The notes under the pieces are model-generated. The model did not search any database. It was not told where the DNA came from and worked only from the letters and a program-made list of their open reading frames with translations. This document shows, in pieces, positions 39,279-47,394 of a DNA stretch of 64,000 bases. Origin of the DNA: an uncultured Candidatus Poseidoniales archaeon (GTDB lineage: Archaea > Thermoplasmatota > Poseidoniia > Poseidoniales > Thalassarchaeaceae); NCBI GenBank assembly GCA_964645485.1, contig CAZXZO010000007.1, positions 12,609-76,608 on the forward strand. Reading direction: 5' to 3'. The position numbers were made by a program, and so were the translations under genes. The number at the start of each line of letters is the position of its first letter. Position 1 is the first letter of the stretch.

Positions 39279-40967
39279 CTATGAAATCCTAATGAGTTGC
39301 CAGTCTGTTAATTGTCTGAGAATTGACAATGCAGGTGAATCGGGTAATTTGTCTAAACATGAATGGGCTAATTGATGGTATTCCATCGCTCTATCCTTTG
39401 CATAAGAGATAGAACCAGAAGCCTGTAATTCACAAAGAACTTCATCAAGTGTATCTCGAGGAGTTTCCTCATTTCGAGATGCAAACACCTCGTTGAATGT
39501 TGGTAACTCACTTGGCTCTAAACTTAATGCATGAATTGCAATCAGAGTTCTCTTTCCTTCTACAACATCGCTGCAGGCTGGCTTGCCTAATGTCTCACTA
39601 TCGCCGGTAGCATCGATTAAATCATCCATTAATTGGAAGCAAAGACCGAGGTTTTCGCCCCAATTAGCCAGATTCTCAATTACATCTGCCTTTGCACCAG
39701 AAAGTATAGCACCTGTTCGTGCGCAAGTTGTGAACATAGCAGCGGTTTTTCCCGAGATCATAGCCAAGTATTCTTCTTCACTCACATAATCTCTGTTTTC
39801 AAAATCCATGTCTAGTTGTTGGCCTTCTGAGACCTTACGAACCATTTTCCCGATTATTGAAACTAAAGAACGGAAATCCTCAGATGAGATTTCATCTGCT
39901 TCACTCAAGATCTCAAAGGAGACTGCCAACATTGCGTCACCAGCGTTGATTGCTGTAGGCATATCATATGCAATGTGGACCGCTTCTCTGCCTCTTCTCA
40001 ATTCATCATTATCCATTATGTCATCATGTACTAGAGTGAAATTATGAATGATTTCTATTGCAGCACCTAGGTCATACAATGAATCAGAAGAGCCGCCACA
40101 TGCATCTGCTACCAACCATGGTAATATTGCCCGGAGTCGCTTCCCTCCACCTTCAATTAGGTGCATCATGGCATTTTTCAGACGTTCATGGTTTGATTTG
40201 TCTAATGCTGTAATTATCCTACTTTCTACTTCCGAAGCATGGTCTTTTAATGCCTCGAGTAAAGTAGAATCAGCGCTAGAAACAACATCTCCAATGTGAT
40301 GTACCACATTTTCTTGAAGAGAACTTACTTCATCAAGGTGACCCCACCAGTTGGAGGCGAACCTTGTATAAATCTCATAGAACCAAGGGGCAATAATTTC
40401 GCCGTTTTCTGGCGAATTGGTGATTAAATCTTCTAATTGTGATTGGTTTACCCAGCGGACTTCAGATATTTCATTGGGATTAATGTGTAATTCTACATCA
40501 GCGCGAATTAACAGAATATGGTCTAATTCATGTTCGATCCATTTTTCGTCTGCTCTTGCTCTATAATGCATCCTGGTTATTAGATGAAAATTCTCAATCG
40601 GTAATTGTTCAGAAGTGATTCCAAGTTCTTGTTCCATCTTACGAATTGCAGCACGTTTGACTCCGAGGTCATCTTCCATTTCAGTTTCGCCTTCAATGTC
40701 AAGGGGGTGGCTGCAACAAGAGTTTGCCCACACTGATGGAAATGTAATCTTAGTATCTGCTCGTTTTTGGATTAACATCTCATTTGAGGAGTTGAACATT
40801 AAGATACTGAAAGCGCGATGAAGAGTTCCTTCTCCGAGGTGACTATCTACTTTTGACATTGAGCCGATTTGACAATCATTTTCATCAACTAAGATTACCA
40901 TTTCTTTCATCATTTCACTTTGTTCTTCATCATATTCAGCGCCAAGGAATGGACTGTTCTCGCTCAT
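39279..40967 (-). CDS. Fusion of type-1 (Nudix) IPP isomerase and geranylgeranyl-diphosphate synthase
   Basis: N-half: LHRAFS, WANSCCSHP, EQELG, EHELDH. C-half: GGKRLR, HNFTLVHDDIMD, QLMDDLID. ATG at 40967 follows GGTGAGG. Confidence 0.93.
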   Translation of the reverse strand: MSENSPFLGAEYDEEQSEMMKEMVILVDENDCQIGSMSKVDSHLGEGTLHRAFSILMFNSSNEMLIQKRADTKITFPSVWANSCCSHPLDIEGETEMEDDLGVKRAAIRKMEQELGITSEQLPIENFHLITRMHYRARADEKWIEHELDHILLIRADVELHINPNEISEVRWVNQSQLEDLITNSPENGEIIAPWFYEIYTRFASNWWGHLDEVSSLQENVVHHIGDVVSSADSTLLEALKDHASEVESRIITALDKSNHERLKNAMMHLIEGGGKRLRAILPWLVADACGGSSDSLYDLGAAIEIIHNFTLVHDDIMDNDELRRGREAVHIAYDMPTAINAGDAMLAVSFEILSEADEISSEDFRSLVSIIGKMVRKVSEGQQLDMDFENRDYVSEEEYLAMISGKTAAMFTTCARTGAILSGAKADVIENLANWGENLGLCFQLMDDLIDATGDSETLGKPACSDVVEGKRTLIAIHALSLEPSELPTFNEVFASRNEETPRDTLDEVLCELQASGSISYAKDRAMEYHQLAHSCLDKLPDSPALSILRQLTDWQLIRIS

Positions 40968-41026
40968 TGCCTCACCCACTATCTTATCTGAGGGGTTTTG
41001 CCTCTATAATGAGATGGTATAATCTC

Positions 41027-41848
41027 CTATGGAGATTCAGGAATTATCCTCGTTCCTAATGTTGTACCATCTGTTACGAGTTCTACAATTCGTTCTGGAT
41101 GTTCACCGTCAATAATCCAAACATTAGGTACATGGGCAGAAATTTTTCCCCCAACACTTAATTTCAGATAAATGCCTCCAGTAACATCAATTTCGGATTT
41201 ATGTACACCTTCAAATGGTTGGTTGGGTGACCACTCAGGAATTAGTTTTGCAGTAGAATCAGTGGGTGGTGAAGACATCAATCCTGGTGCACCTCCCATT
41301 GCAAAAAGCATATGGCTCGCTTCTAGTTCTATGGCCAGTCTATAGCAAATGTCATCGCCGCTTAAAATACCAAATTCTCTATCATCAGAACATTCGACAA
41401 CATCTCCATATGTAATGTGAACTAATTCACCATTTAAGTTGAAACGATGTAAATCTCCCACAAATTCCTTACCTGTTCCTACAGCCCATTCATGTGGTGG
41501 GTGTGAGGATGTAGAAATTCCTAACTTTTGTAGTTCAATAGAAACTAATTGATTCAGATTTAACATATCCCTTCTCACTGATTGGATAGCCTCATCTTGG
41601 GAACTTAGACTATTAGTTGTAGGTAAATCTTCGTTAATTCTTCCTTTGTGTAGTTTCCAAGTTTTAGCTTTCAGGTGACCATAACTTCCAGCGCCATGAA
41701 CAATGATTACGCGTAAATTCAATTGGGTTAGTTGCTCAACTATTTTTGCTAAGTTTCGGATTACATCAATTTTTGGGGTACACAAGTTCTCTTTTTCTGT
41801 GATTAACCCGCCGCCAAATTTGATGATGACGGGCCCTTCCATAGTCAA
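41027..41848 (-). CDS. ipk: Isopentenyl phosphate kinase
   Basis: IKFGGGLIT.K, VHGAGSYGH, ILSGDD and DVTGG; adjacent to the IDI-GGPPS gene. Confidence 0.9.
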   Translation of the reverse strand: MTMEGPVIIKFGGGLITEKENLCTPKIDVIRNLAKIVEQLTQLNLRVIIVHGAGSYGHLKAKTWKLHKGRINEDLPTTNSLSSQDEAIQSVRRDMLNLNQLVSIELQKLGISTSSHPPHEWAVGTGKEFVGDLHRFNLNGELVHITYGDVVECSDDREFGILSGDDICYRLAIELEASHMLFAMGGAPGLMSSPPTDSTAKLIPEWSPNQPFEGVHKSEIDVTGGIYLKLSVGGKISAHVPNVWIIDGEHPERIVELVTDGTTLGTRIIPESP

Positions 41849-41940
41849 CCCGAAAGAGCACTCTATGAAGTCAATTGCTATTGGCCTCAGTATAAAATTG
41901 ACCCACCGCGTTGATTAGGGTAGATATGGTGCGGTGATTC

Positions 41941-42273
41941 ATGGAAGATGGTGCCACTGTAAACCAACTGCAAAGATATCTGCAGGATCAGTTGGTTGAG
42001 GCAGAAGATATATCTAATCTCGAAGAACGGAAAAAGAGAATATTAATCTTAGAATCATCATTATTTGAGGTGATTAAGTTTCTCAAATCGGTTGAAGAGA
42101 GAGAACTCATAGAATCAGTGATTTTTGAAGAATCTTCTTCGGTCAGACTAATTTCGTCTTCTGATAAGGGCGACATTGAGAATACTTCTAACTCTGAAGT
42201 ATGCGTAAAGTGTGATGAACCAAAAAGCGCCGAGTTTGATTTTTGTCAAGTATGTGGATACCAGAAAAAGTAA
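41941..42273 (+). CDS. Uncharacterised protein with C-terminal zinc ribbon
   Basis: Helical N-terminus and a CVKC-x9-CQVC C-terminus; GCGGTGA SD upstream. Confidence 0.7.
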   Translation: MEDGATVNQLQRYLQDQLVEAEDISNLEERKKRILILESSLFEVIKFLKSVEERELIESVIFEESSSVRLISSSDKGDIENTSNSEVCVKCDEPKSAEFDFCQVCGYQKK

Positions 42274-42960
42274 TTACTCTTCTTCTCCCCATTCATCAAG
42301 CATTAGTGCATATTCTGTATTATCATAAGGCACGTGTGCACAGAATTGAGCATCAACTATTTCTGTAAGGTAAACCGTTGTCCCAGCATGGTAAACAGTG
42401 TAGCCGGATGCTTGCATCTGGATAATATCGATTTCGATTATTGCTGGTCGCGAATGGTGAACTGCGCCCGCATTTGCTGCATTTGTGATGGTCTTTGAAA
42501 GATGTACCCATTTTCTCCCACCAGGATGAATTCCACCTTCAAGATGAACATCCAATTCGTCCCTTGAAACAGGGTAAAAGAGTAATTCAGGAATATTGTC
42601 TGAAGGTAAGTCAAGTTCAATTTCTACTGTGTGTGCATAAGTTGCTCTCACATTACCGCCTCGAATTTCGTAACGACCCTTGGGATCTGTATCTACAATC
42701 GCTTGGATATGACGGTCCCTTAGCCAATGTTTGCGCTTATCTTTAGCAGAAATCCCATTAGATAATTCCCTTATACTAACCCAACCATTGATATCCATCT
42801 CTAAATCAAATTTTTCTGGAAAATGACGAAGGATTCCAGCCATTCTTCTGGCTATCTGGTCTCTTTCCCTTCCATTCATTACGAATTTGCCTTCGCTATT
42901 ACAGGCTGGACAAAGTTCACCTTCAAAGGTACCATGCAGTTCACACTCTCGTAGCATCAA
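42274..42960 (-). CDS. kptA: RNA 2'-phosphotransferase (Tpt1/KptA) with N-terminal zinc ribbon
   Basis: GILRH, NGWV, KGRYE, VRATYAH and VHLS; N-terminal CELH...CPAC. Confidence 0.9.
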   Translation of the reverse strand: MMLRECELHGTFEGELCPACNSEGKFVMNGRERDQIARRMAGILRHFPEKFDLEMDINGWVSIRELSNGISAKDKRKHWLRDRHIQAIVDTDPKGRYEIRGGNVRATYAHTVEIELDLPSDNIPELLFYPVSRDELDVHLEGGIHPGGRKWVHLSKTITNAANAGAVHHSRPAIIEIDIIQMQASGYTVYHAGTTVYLTEIVDAQFCAHVPYDNTEYALMLDEWGEEE

Positions 42961-43065
42961 GCGGGCCGACTCGCGCCCTATTGATAACCGCGCCGGTTTA
43001 GGTGTCTCTGCCTATGTAGGCGTGAATAGGAACTCATATGACCCTTGGAGTTACTCAAGGGTTTC

Positions 43066-44094
43066 ATGGCATTCCGGAAGAAGCCTGTGAAGGGAACCAA
43101 AGGCTTAGGCGAAGCGAAGGAGAATTTGACCGCCTTAGATGACGGAGATTGTCCTCGTTGTGGTGGTGGAAGTAGTAGTTCGTCTATTCCTGGTTACCTT
43201 GCTTGTGACCGTTGTCAATATGAATGGGCTGACCCAAATAGTTCATCATCAGGTGGTAGAAGAGCTCGTGAATCGGTTCGCTCAGAATCCAAATTGATTG
43301 AACAGTTCAAAACAGAAATAGAATCAGGAACAGGATTATCCAGAGTTCTTGGGATTGATGAAAATTTAACCCGAGAACAGGAACAAGGATTAACTCGCCT
43401 GCAGGATAAATGGATGGAAGGAATGCAAGGACACTTCAATGTCGCAGAAGAACAGCGCAAACCGTTGATGATCAATTTTGATGAAGATGATAACATTCTC
43501 GAGACAGAAGTTGGTAAATTGACTCTAAAGACTAACGATTTTGATGGAGGGGAAGAAGTCAGAATTGAATATCCGGGCAAGGGTACTGAATTTTACTTGT
43601 TAAATGAAGATTCAAGCACAGGGTGGAGGCGTGGGAGAACAATAGCAGATACTGCCCGCAATATCGCTTCTGTGATTAATAAAACTAGCAAGTTTGTATA
43701 TGCTGACAATGTGGATAATGTAGTAACTTTTGAGTTAAGAGATAACCGACTAAAGGCGTCTTCTTTAGTACTCTATATTGACGACCCGGGTGGCAAAGAT
43801 ATTGTCGCTGAAAAGGACGGTGTGGTACTCGACCCGACCGCCGTAGGAATTGAATCGGACTATCAAACCGCAGTAGAACTAGTACTTTCAGATGGGGTGA
43901 TAACTCCTAGTGAAGACCAACTGCTCTGGGCGATGCGGCAACATCTAGGAATTTCGGAAGAAAGACATGTACAGATTGTCATGACCCTGTTTGGTGAAGG
44001 GGTTACCAAAGAGTGTACTGGTTGTGGAGAGGGGGCACCTCTCTATTCAGAACACGCCGCTTGGTATTGTGATGGCTGTGAAATGTGGCTATAA
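43066..44094 (+). CDS. Uncharacterised protein with N- and C-terminal zinc ribbons and a TerB-like motif
   Basis: CPRC/CDRC, SDGVITPSEDQLL..MRQHLGI and CTGC/CDGC. Start at 43066 (ATG) or 43045 (TTG). Confidence 0.7.
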   Translation: MAFRKKPVKGTKGLGEAKENLTALDDGDCPRCGGGSSSSSIPGYLACDRCQYEWADPNSSSSGGRRARESVRSESKLIEQFKTEIESGTGLSRVLGIDENLTREQEQGLTRLQDKWMEGMQGHFNVAEEQRKPLMINFDEDDNILETEVGKLTLKTNDFDGGEEVRIEYPGKGTEFYLLNEDSSTGWRRGRTIADTARNIASVINKTSKFVYADNVDNVVTFELRDNRLKASSLVLYIDDPGGKDIVAEKDGVVLDPTAVGIESDYQTAVELVLSDGVITPSEDQLLWAMRQHLGISEERHVQIVMTLFGEGVTKECTGCGEGAPLYSEHAAWYCDGCEMWL

Positions 44095-44171
44095 ATCAAG
44101 AGGCTTTGTAAACAATTGTTAGGGATTATTGATATACCGTCCCCTTCGGAGCGTGGACTACGGTGAATACA

Positions 44172-45194
44172 ATGGCGAACGAGACTCTTTACATCGGTGT
44201 AGACCTAGGTACGTTTAGGTCAGTCATGGTTTCAAATGATAAACACGAAGAACAAGTGTTAACAGTTATCGGCACTCCAAAGGATTCGATTGCCAAAAAC
44301 TTCCTCCGTAGAGATGTTTTATTCGGGGAAGAAGCTCTGAAAAACAGACTCGCATTGAACCTATACCGACCTCTAGAACATGGAGTGATTAAGGACACAC
44401 CTGAAGATAAGAAATTCATTGCTCACTTCATTAATCACATGATGAATTTAGCTGACCCTGAGGAGTATGATAGAGTAGTTGCTGTAATCGGTGCTCCTGC
44501 TGAGGCAAGTCACGTTGACAAAACCGCAATTTTTGATGCTGCTGCTGGAACTGTCAACGCTTGCATGATTATTTCCGAACCTTTCGCAGTTGCTTATGCT
44601 CTAGATATGCTTGACCATACAATGGTTGTAGATATAGGTGCAGGAACAACTGATATTTGCCGGGTTTACGGCACCATACCAAGGCCGGAAGACCAATTGC
44701 ACGTAAATCAAGCAGGTGATGCAATTGATGCTGCTCTGATAGAAGCCATTCAACGCAAATACGTTGGCGCTCAAATCACTAAGGATATGGCAAGACGTTG
44801 GAAAGAACAATTTTCATTCACAAATACTTCACCGCCAAAAGACCCGGTTGTTGTTGACTTTTCAATTGATGGAAAAGCAATGTCACTTGACATCACAGAT
44901 TGTATCTCATCTGCTTGTGAATCAATTATCAATCCAATTGTTGATAATTTGAAGGCTCTAATTGCAGATTCAAATCCAGAATATCATGATGGCTTCCGAC
45001 AAAACATCATCCTAGCAGGTGGGGGTTCTGGAATCAGAGGCCTAGGAGCCTCAATTGAAGAGAGACTAGCAGATCTAGGTGGCATCACTGTACACATTGT
45101 CGAAGACCCTGTCAGATTAGGAGCGATGGGTGCACTAAGGCTAGCGCAAGAAGTACCAGAAGAATATTGGAAAAACCTAACCCTTTCAGAATAG
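44172..45194 (+). CDS. Actin-superfamily protein, MamK/Salactin-like
   Basis: VDLGT, IGAPAEAS, SEPFAVAY, VDIGAGTTDIC, KEQFSF, QNIILAGGGSGIRGL and GALRLAQEVPEEYW. ATG at 44172 follows GGTGA. Confidence 0.9.
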   Translation: MANETLYIGVDLGTFRSVMVSNDKHEEQVLTVIGTPKDSIAKNFLRRDVLFGEEALKNRLALNLYRPLEHGVIKDTPEDKKFIAHFINHMMNLADPEEYDRVVAVIGAPAEASHVDKTAIFDAAAGTVNACMIISEPFAVAYALDMLDHTMVVDIGAGTTDICRVYGTIPRPEDQLHVNQAGDAIDAALIEAIQRKYVGAQITKDMARRWKEQFSFTNTSPPKDPVVVDFSIDGKAMSLDITDCISSACESIINPIVDNLKALIADSNPEYHDGFRQNIILAGGGSGIRGLGASIEERLADLGGITVHIVEDPVRLGAMGALRLAQEVPEEYWKNLTLSE

Positions 45195-45201
45195 TTAGGT
45201 A

Positions 45202-45867
45202 TCATTCCTCTTCGCTTGAGAACTTAGCAACGATTTCATCTGAAACTAGTTTTTCTTGGCAATTTGGGCAAAGATCAGACCCACTCAATTCTAAGGGTTT
45301 TACTGCTAGAATAGACAAACAATGTGGGCAAGAAGCCATCATTTCGTTAGTTTCTAGATTAGATGAAGCAAGAATATTGGTCGATTGACCGATATACCAG
45401 GCCATAAACATAGGATTTGAAAATGTTGTAAATCTCTTTACCATTCCAACTATTATGAAAATCAACATTATTGCCATTATTGCTGACATTATGCTTCCTT
45501 GAAGTCCTGAAATCAGGTCTAAGACTGTTATCAATGAGCATATTAGAATTAAGAAAATCCAATGCATAATCGCCAATCTATAAGCCCAGATTTTTCTCCT
45601 TGAAAAGCCAAAATATATTGCCAATCCTGCTGATAAAGTAAGTATTGAAGCGAAAGTACCAATTTGTAATAATGTTCCTTCTAAACTCAATGAGAAGGTC
45701 AGTAACAAAAAGAAAAACAAGAGAGTTAACCAAAGGAGAGTGCTAGACATACTACGATGAACACGCTCAATAGTAGCGAGGTCCCTTTCCATAACCCTTC
45801 CAATTTGTCTAACTAATTCAGTTTGATGGAACCGATAGCCGTAAAGGATACCACCAAATCGGACCAT
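45202..45867 (-). CDS. Four-TM membrane protein with C-terminal zinc ribbon
   Basis: Four hydrophobic helices then CPHC...CPNC. True start may be downstream of 45867. Confidence 0.7.
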   Translation of the reverse strand: MVRFGGILYGYRFHQTELVRQIGRVMERDLATIERVHRSMSSTLLWLTLLFFFLLLTFSLSLEGTLLQIGTFASILTLSAGLAIYFGFSRRKIWAYRLAIMHWIFLILICSLITVLDLISGLQGSIMSAIMAIMLIFIIVGMVKRFTTFSNPMFMAWYIGQSTNILASSNLETNEMMASCPHCLSILAVKPLELSGSDLCPNCQEKLVSDEIVAKFSSEEE

Positions 45868-45870
45868 CTA

Positions 45871-47079
45871 ATGAGTGAAACTAGTGACATCGGTGTAGAT
45901 GTCACTTCTGACACCCTACTTGACAAACATGTGCTAGTTGCCATTAGTGGCGGAATTGCAGTTGTAGATAGTGTGAGGTTGCTTAGGGAACTAAGGCGCC
46001 ATGGTGCTCAAATCACTGTAGTAATGACTCACTCAGCCCAGGAAATGATTTCCCCTTTAGCCATCGAATGGGCAAGCCAATCTCAGATAATAACTGACTG
46101 GGATTCAGACATGGCTCAACTTGACTTAGTTGATGCAGTTCTAATATGTCCAGCAACTCGTCATACAATCGGTTGTCATATTCACGGAATTTTAGATACC
46201 CCGATGCAAATGGCACTAACTGCAGCCCGAGGTCGGAAAATACCAATGCTGTTTATTCCAAGTATGCATAACTCATTATCAGACGATGAGGTAACCCAAG
46301 ACCTTTGTTTGGAATTGGAAAAGTTTGGACATCACATATTTTGGGGTGAAGAAATAGAGGGGCGCAGAAAACAACCTGATGTAATACAGATAGTGGGCAC
46401 TCTTTCACATATAATTAACAAAAATCGTGCCAACAGGAAGAGAGTTGCACTGACTTTGGGTGCTACCCGAAGCGCAATTGATTCAGTAAGGTGGGTTCAA
46501 AACACATCTAGTGGGAAAACAGGATTCGAGATTTCAGATTATCTCTATAGAATGGGCCATGAAGTAGTAATTTTCAAGGGAGTTGTAACCACAAATTCCC
46601 AGTTAAACCACCAAGATATTAGAGATTGTAAAGAGCCTGAATCAATGCTTAATCAACTGATTGATTTCAGCCAGAGTGATAATCCTCCAGATGCCTGGAT
46701 CTTTTCTGCTGCTGTTCTAGACTACACAGTGACTAACACCTGGAGTACGAAATTAAGTTCAGGTATGGATAATTTCTCAATAGAATTACAAAAATCGGAG
46801 AAGCATATAGACATAATTAGTCAATCATGCAAGGATGATTTGAAAATTGGATTCAAATTACAATCAGGATTTACTAAGGGTGAATTAATAGAAGCTGCCA
46901 AAAATTCGTTAGAACGTAACGGTTTAGATGCAGTGGTTGCTAACCATTTAGAGAATCGCAATGAGGGGCCAAATCGGGCATTTTGGGTAGATTCAAATGG
47001 CACAATAATCGACCTAAAGGACAACTATTCTATGGCAAAAGTAATTGATAAGAAATTATCAGAACCTAAAGATGACTGA
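45871..47079 (+). CDS. coaBC: Bifunctional phosphopantothenoylcysteine decarboxylase/synthetase
   Basis: VLVAISGGIA, VVMT.SA, PAT, PSMH, then LTLGATR..ID.VRW..N.SSGKTG, AAVLDY, IGFKL and VVAN. Confidence 0.9.
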   Translation: MSETSDIGVDVTSDTLLDKHVLVAISGGIAVVDSVRLLRELRRHGAQITVVMTHSAQEMISPLAIEWASQSQIITDWDSDMAQLDLVDAVLICPATRHTIGCHIHGILDTPMQMALTAARGRKIPMLFIPSMHNSLSDDEVTQDLCLELEKFGHHIFWGEEIEGRRKQPDVIQIVGTLSHIINKNRANRKRVALTLGATRSAIDSVRWVQNTSSGKTGFEISDYLYRMGHEVVIFKGVVTTNSQLNHQDIRDCKEPESMLNQLIDFSQSDNPPDAWIFSAAVLDYTVTNTWSTKLSSGMDNFSIELQKSEKHIDIISQSCKDDLKIGFKLQSGFTKGELIEAAKNSLERNGLDAVVANHLENRNEGPNRAFWVDSNGTIIDLKDNYSMAKVIDKKLSEPKDD

Positions 47080-47362
47080 ATCGACAATAGCATTTGATAG
47101 CCTCGAGCCAATTACTAATTTAGCCGCGTATATTGGAATGTTGTGCATTTTGATGGCATTTATTTTAGAAACACGGGGGTACCTCAATAGTCGAGGTTTG
47201 CAATATCTAATGTTAATGGCAGTTGGTTCCGCAATTTTGGGAATTCGTGCTTTACATACTGGGGAATGGGCATTTGTCGTCCTAGAATTAGTTTGGATGC
47301 TTGCGGCGGTAATAGCAATTTTTAACCCAACTCGGCCTTCTAACCCCGATACGGTAGCGTAG
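47072..47362 (+). CDS. Small 3-TM membrane protein (CBU_0592-like)
   Basis: IGM..ILMAF, Y..LM.VGS.ILG and FVVLE.VW pattern. Confidence 0.65.
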   Translation: MTESTIAFDSLEPITNLAAYIGMLCILMAFILETRGYLNSRGLQYLMLMAVGSAILGIRALHTGEWAFVVLELVWMLAAVIAIFNPTRPSNPDTVA

Positions 47363-47394
47363 TATTCAAGCCGGATGGGTAGACCGGCGACAAC

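Noticed and set aside
41893-41904. AAATTGACCC shared with ~53537 as a regulatory motif
   Set aside because: Only two occurrences, upstream of unrelated genes; compatible with chance or a generic promoter.
44172-45194. Calling the actin MreB, or inferring magnetotaxis
   Set aside because: The motifs fit MamK/Salactin better, there is no mreC/mreD, and no other magnetosome genes are present.
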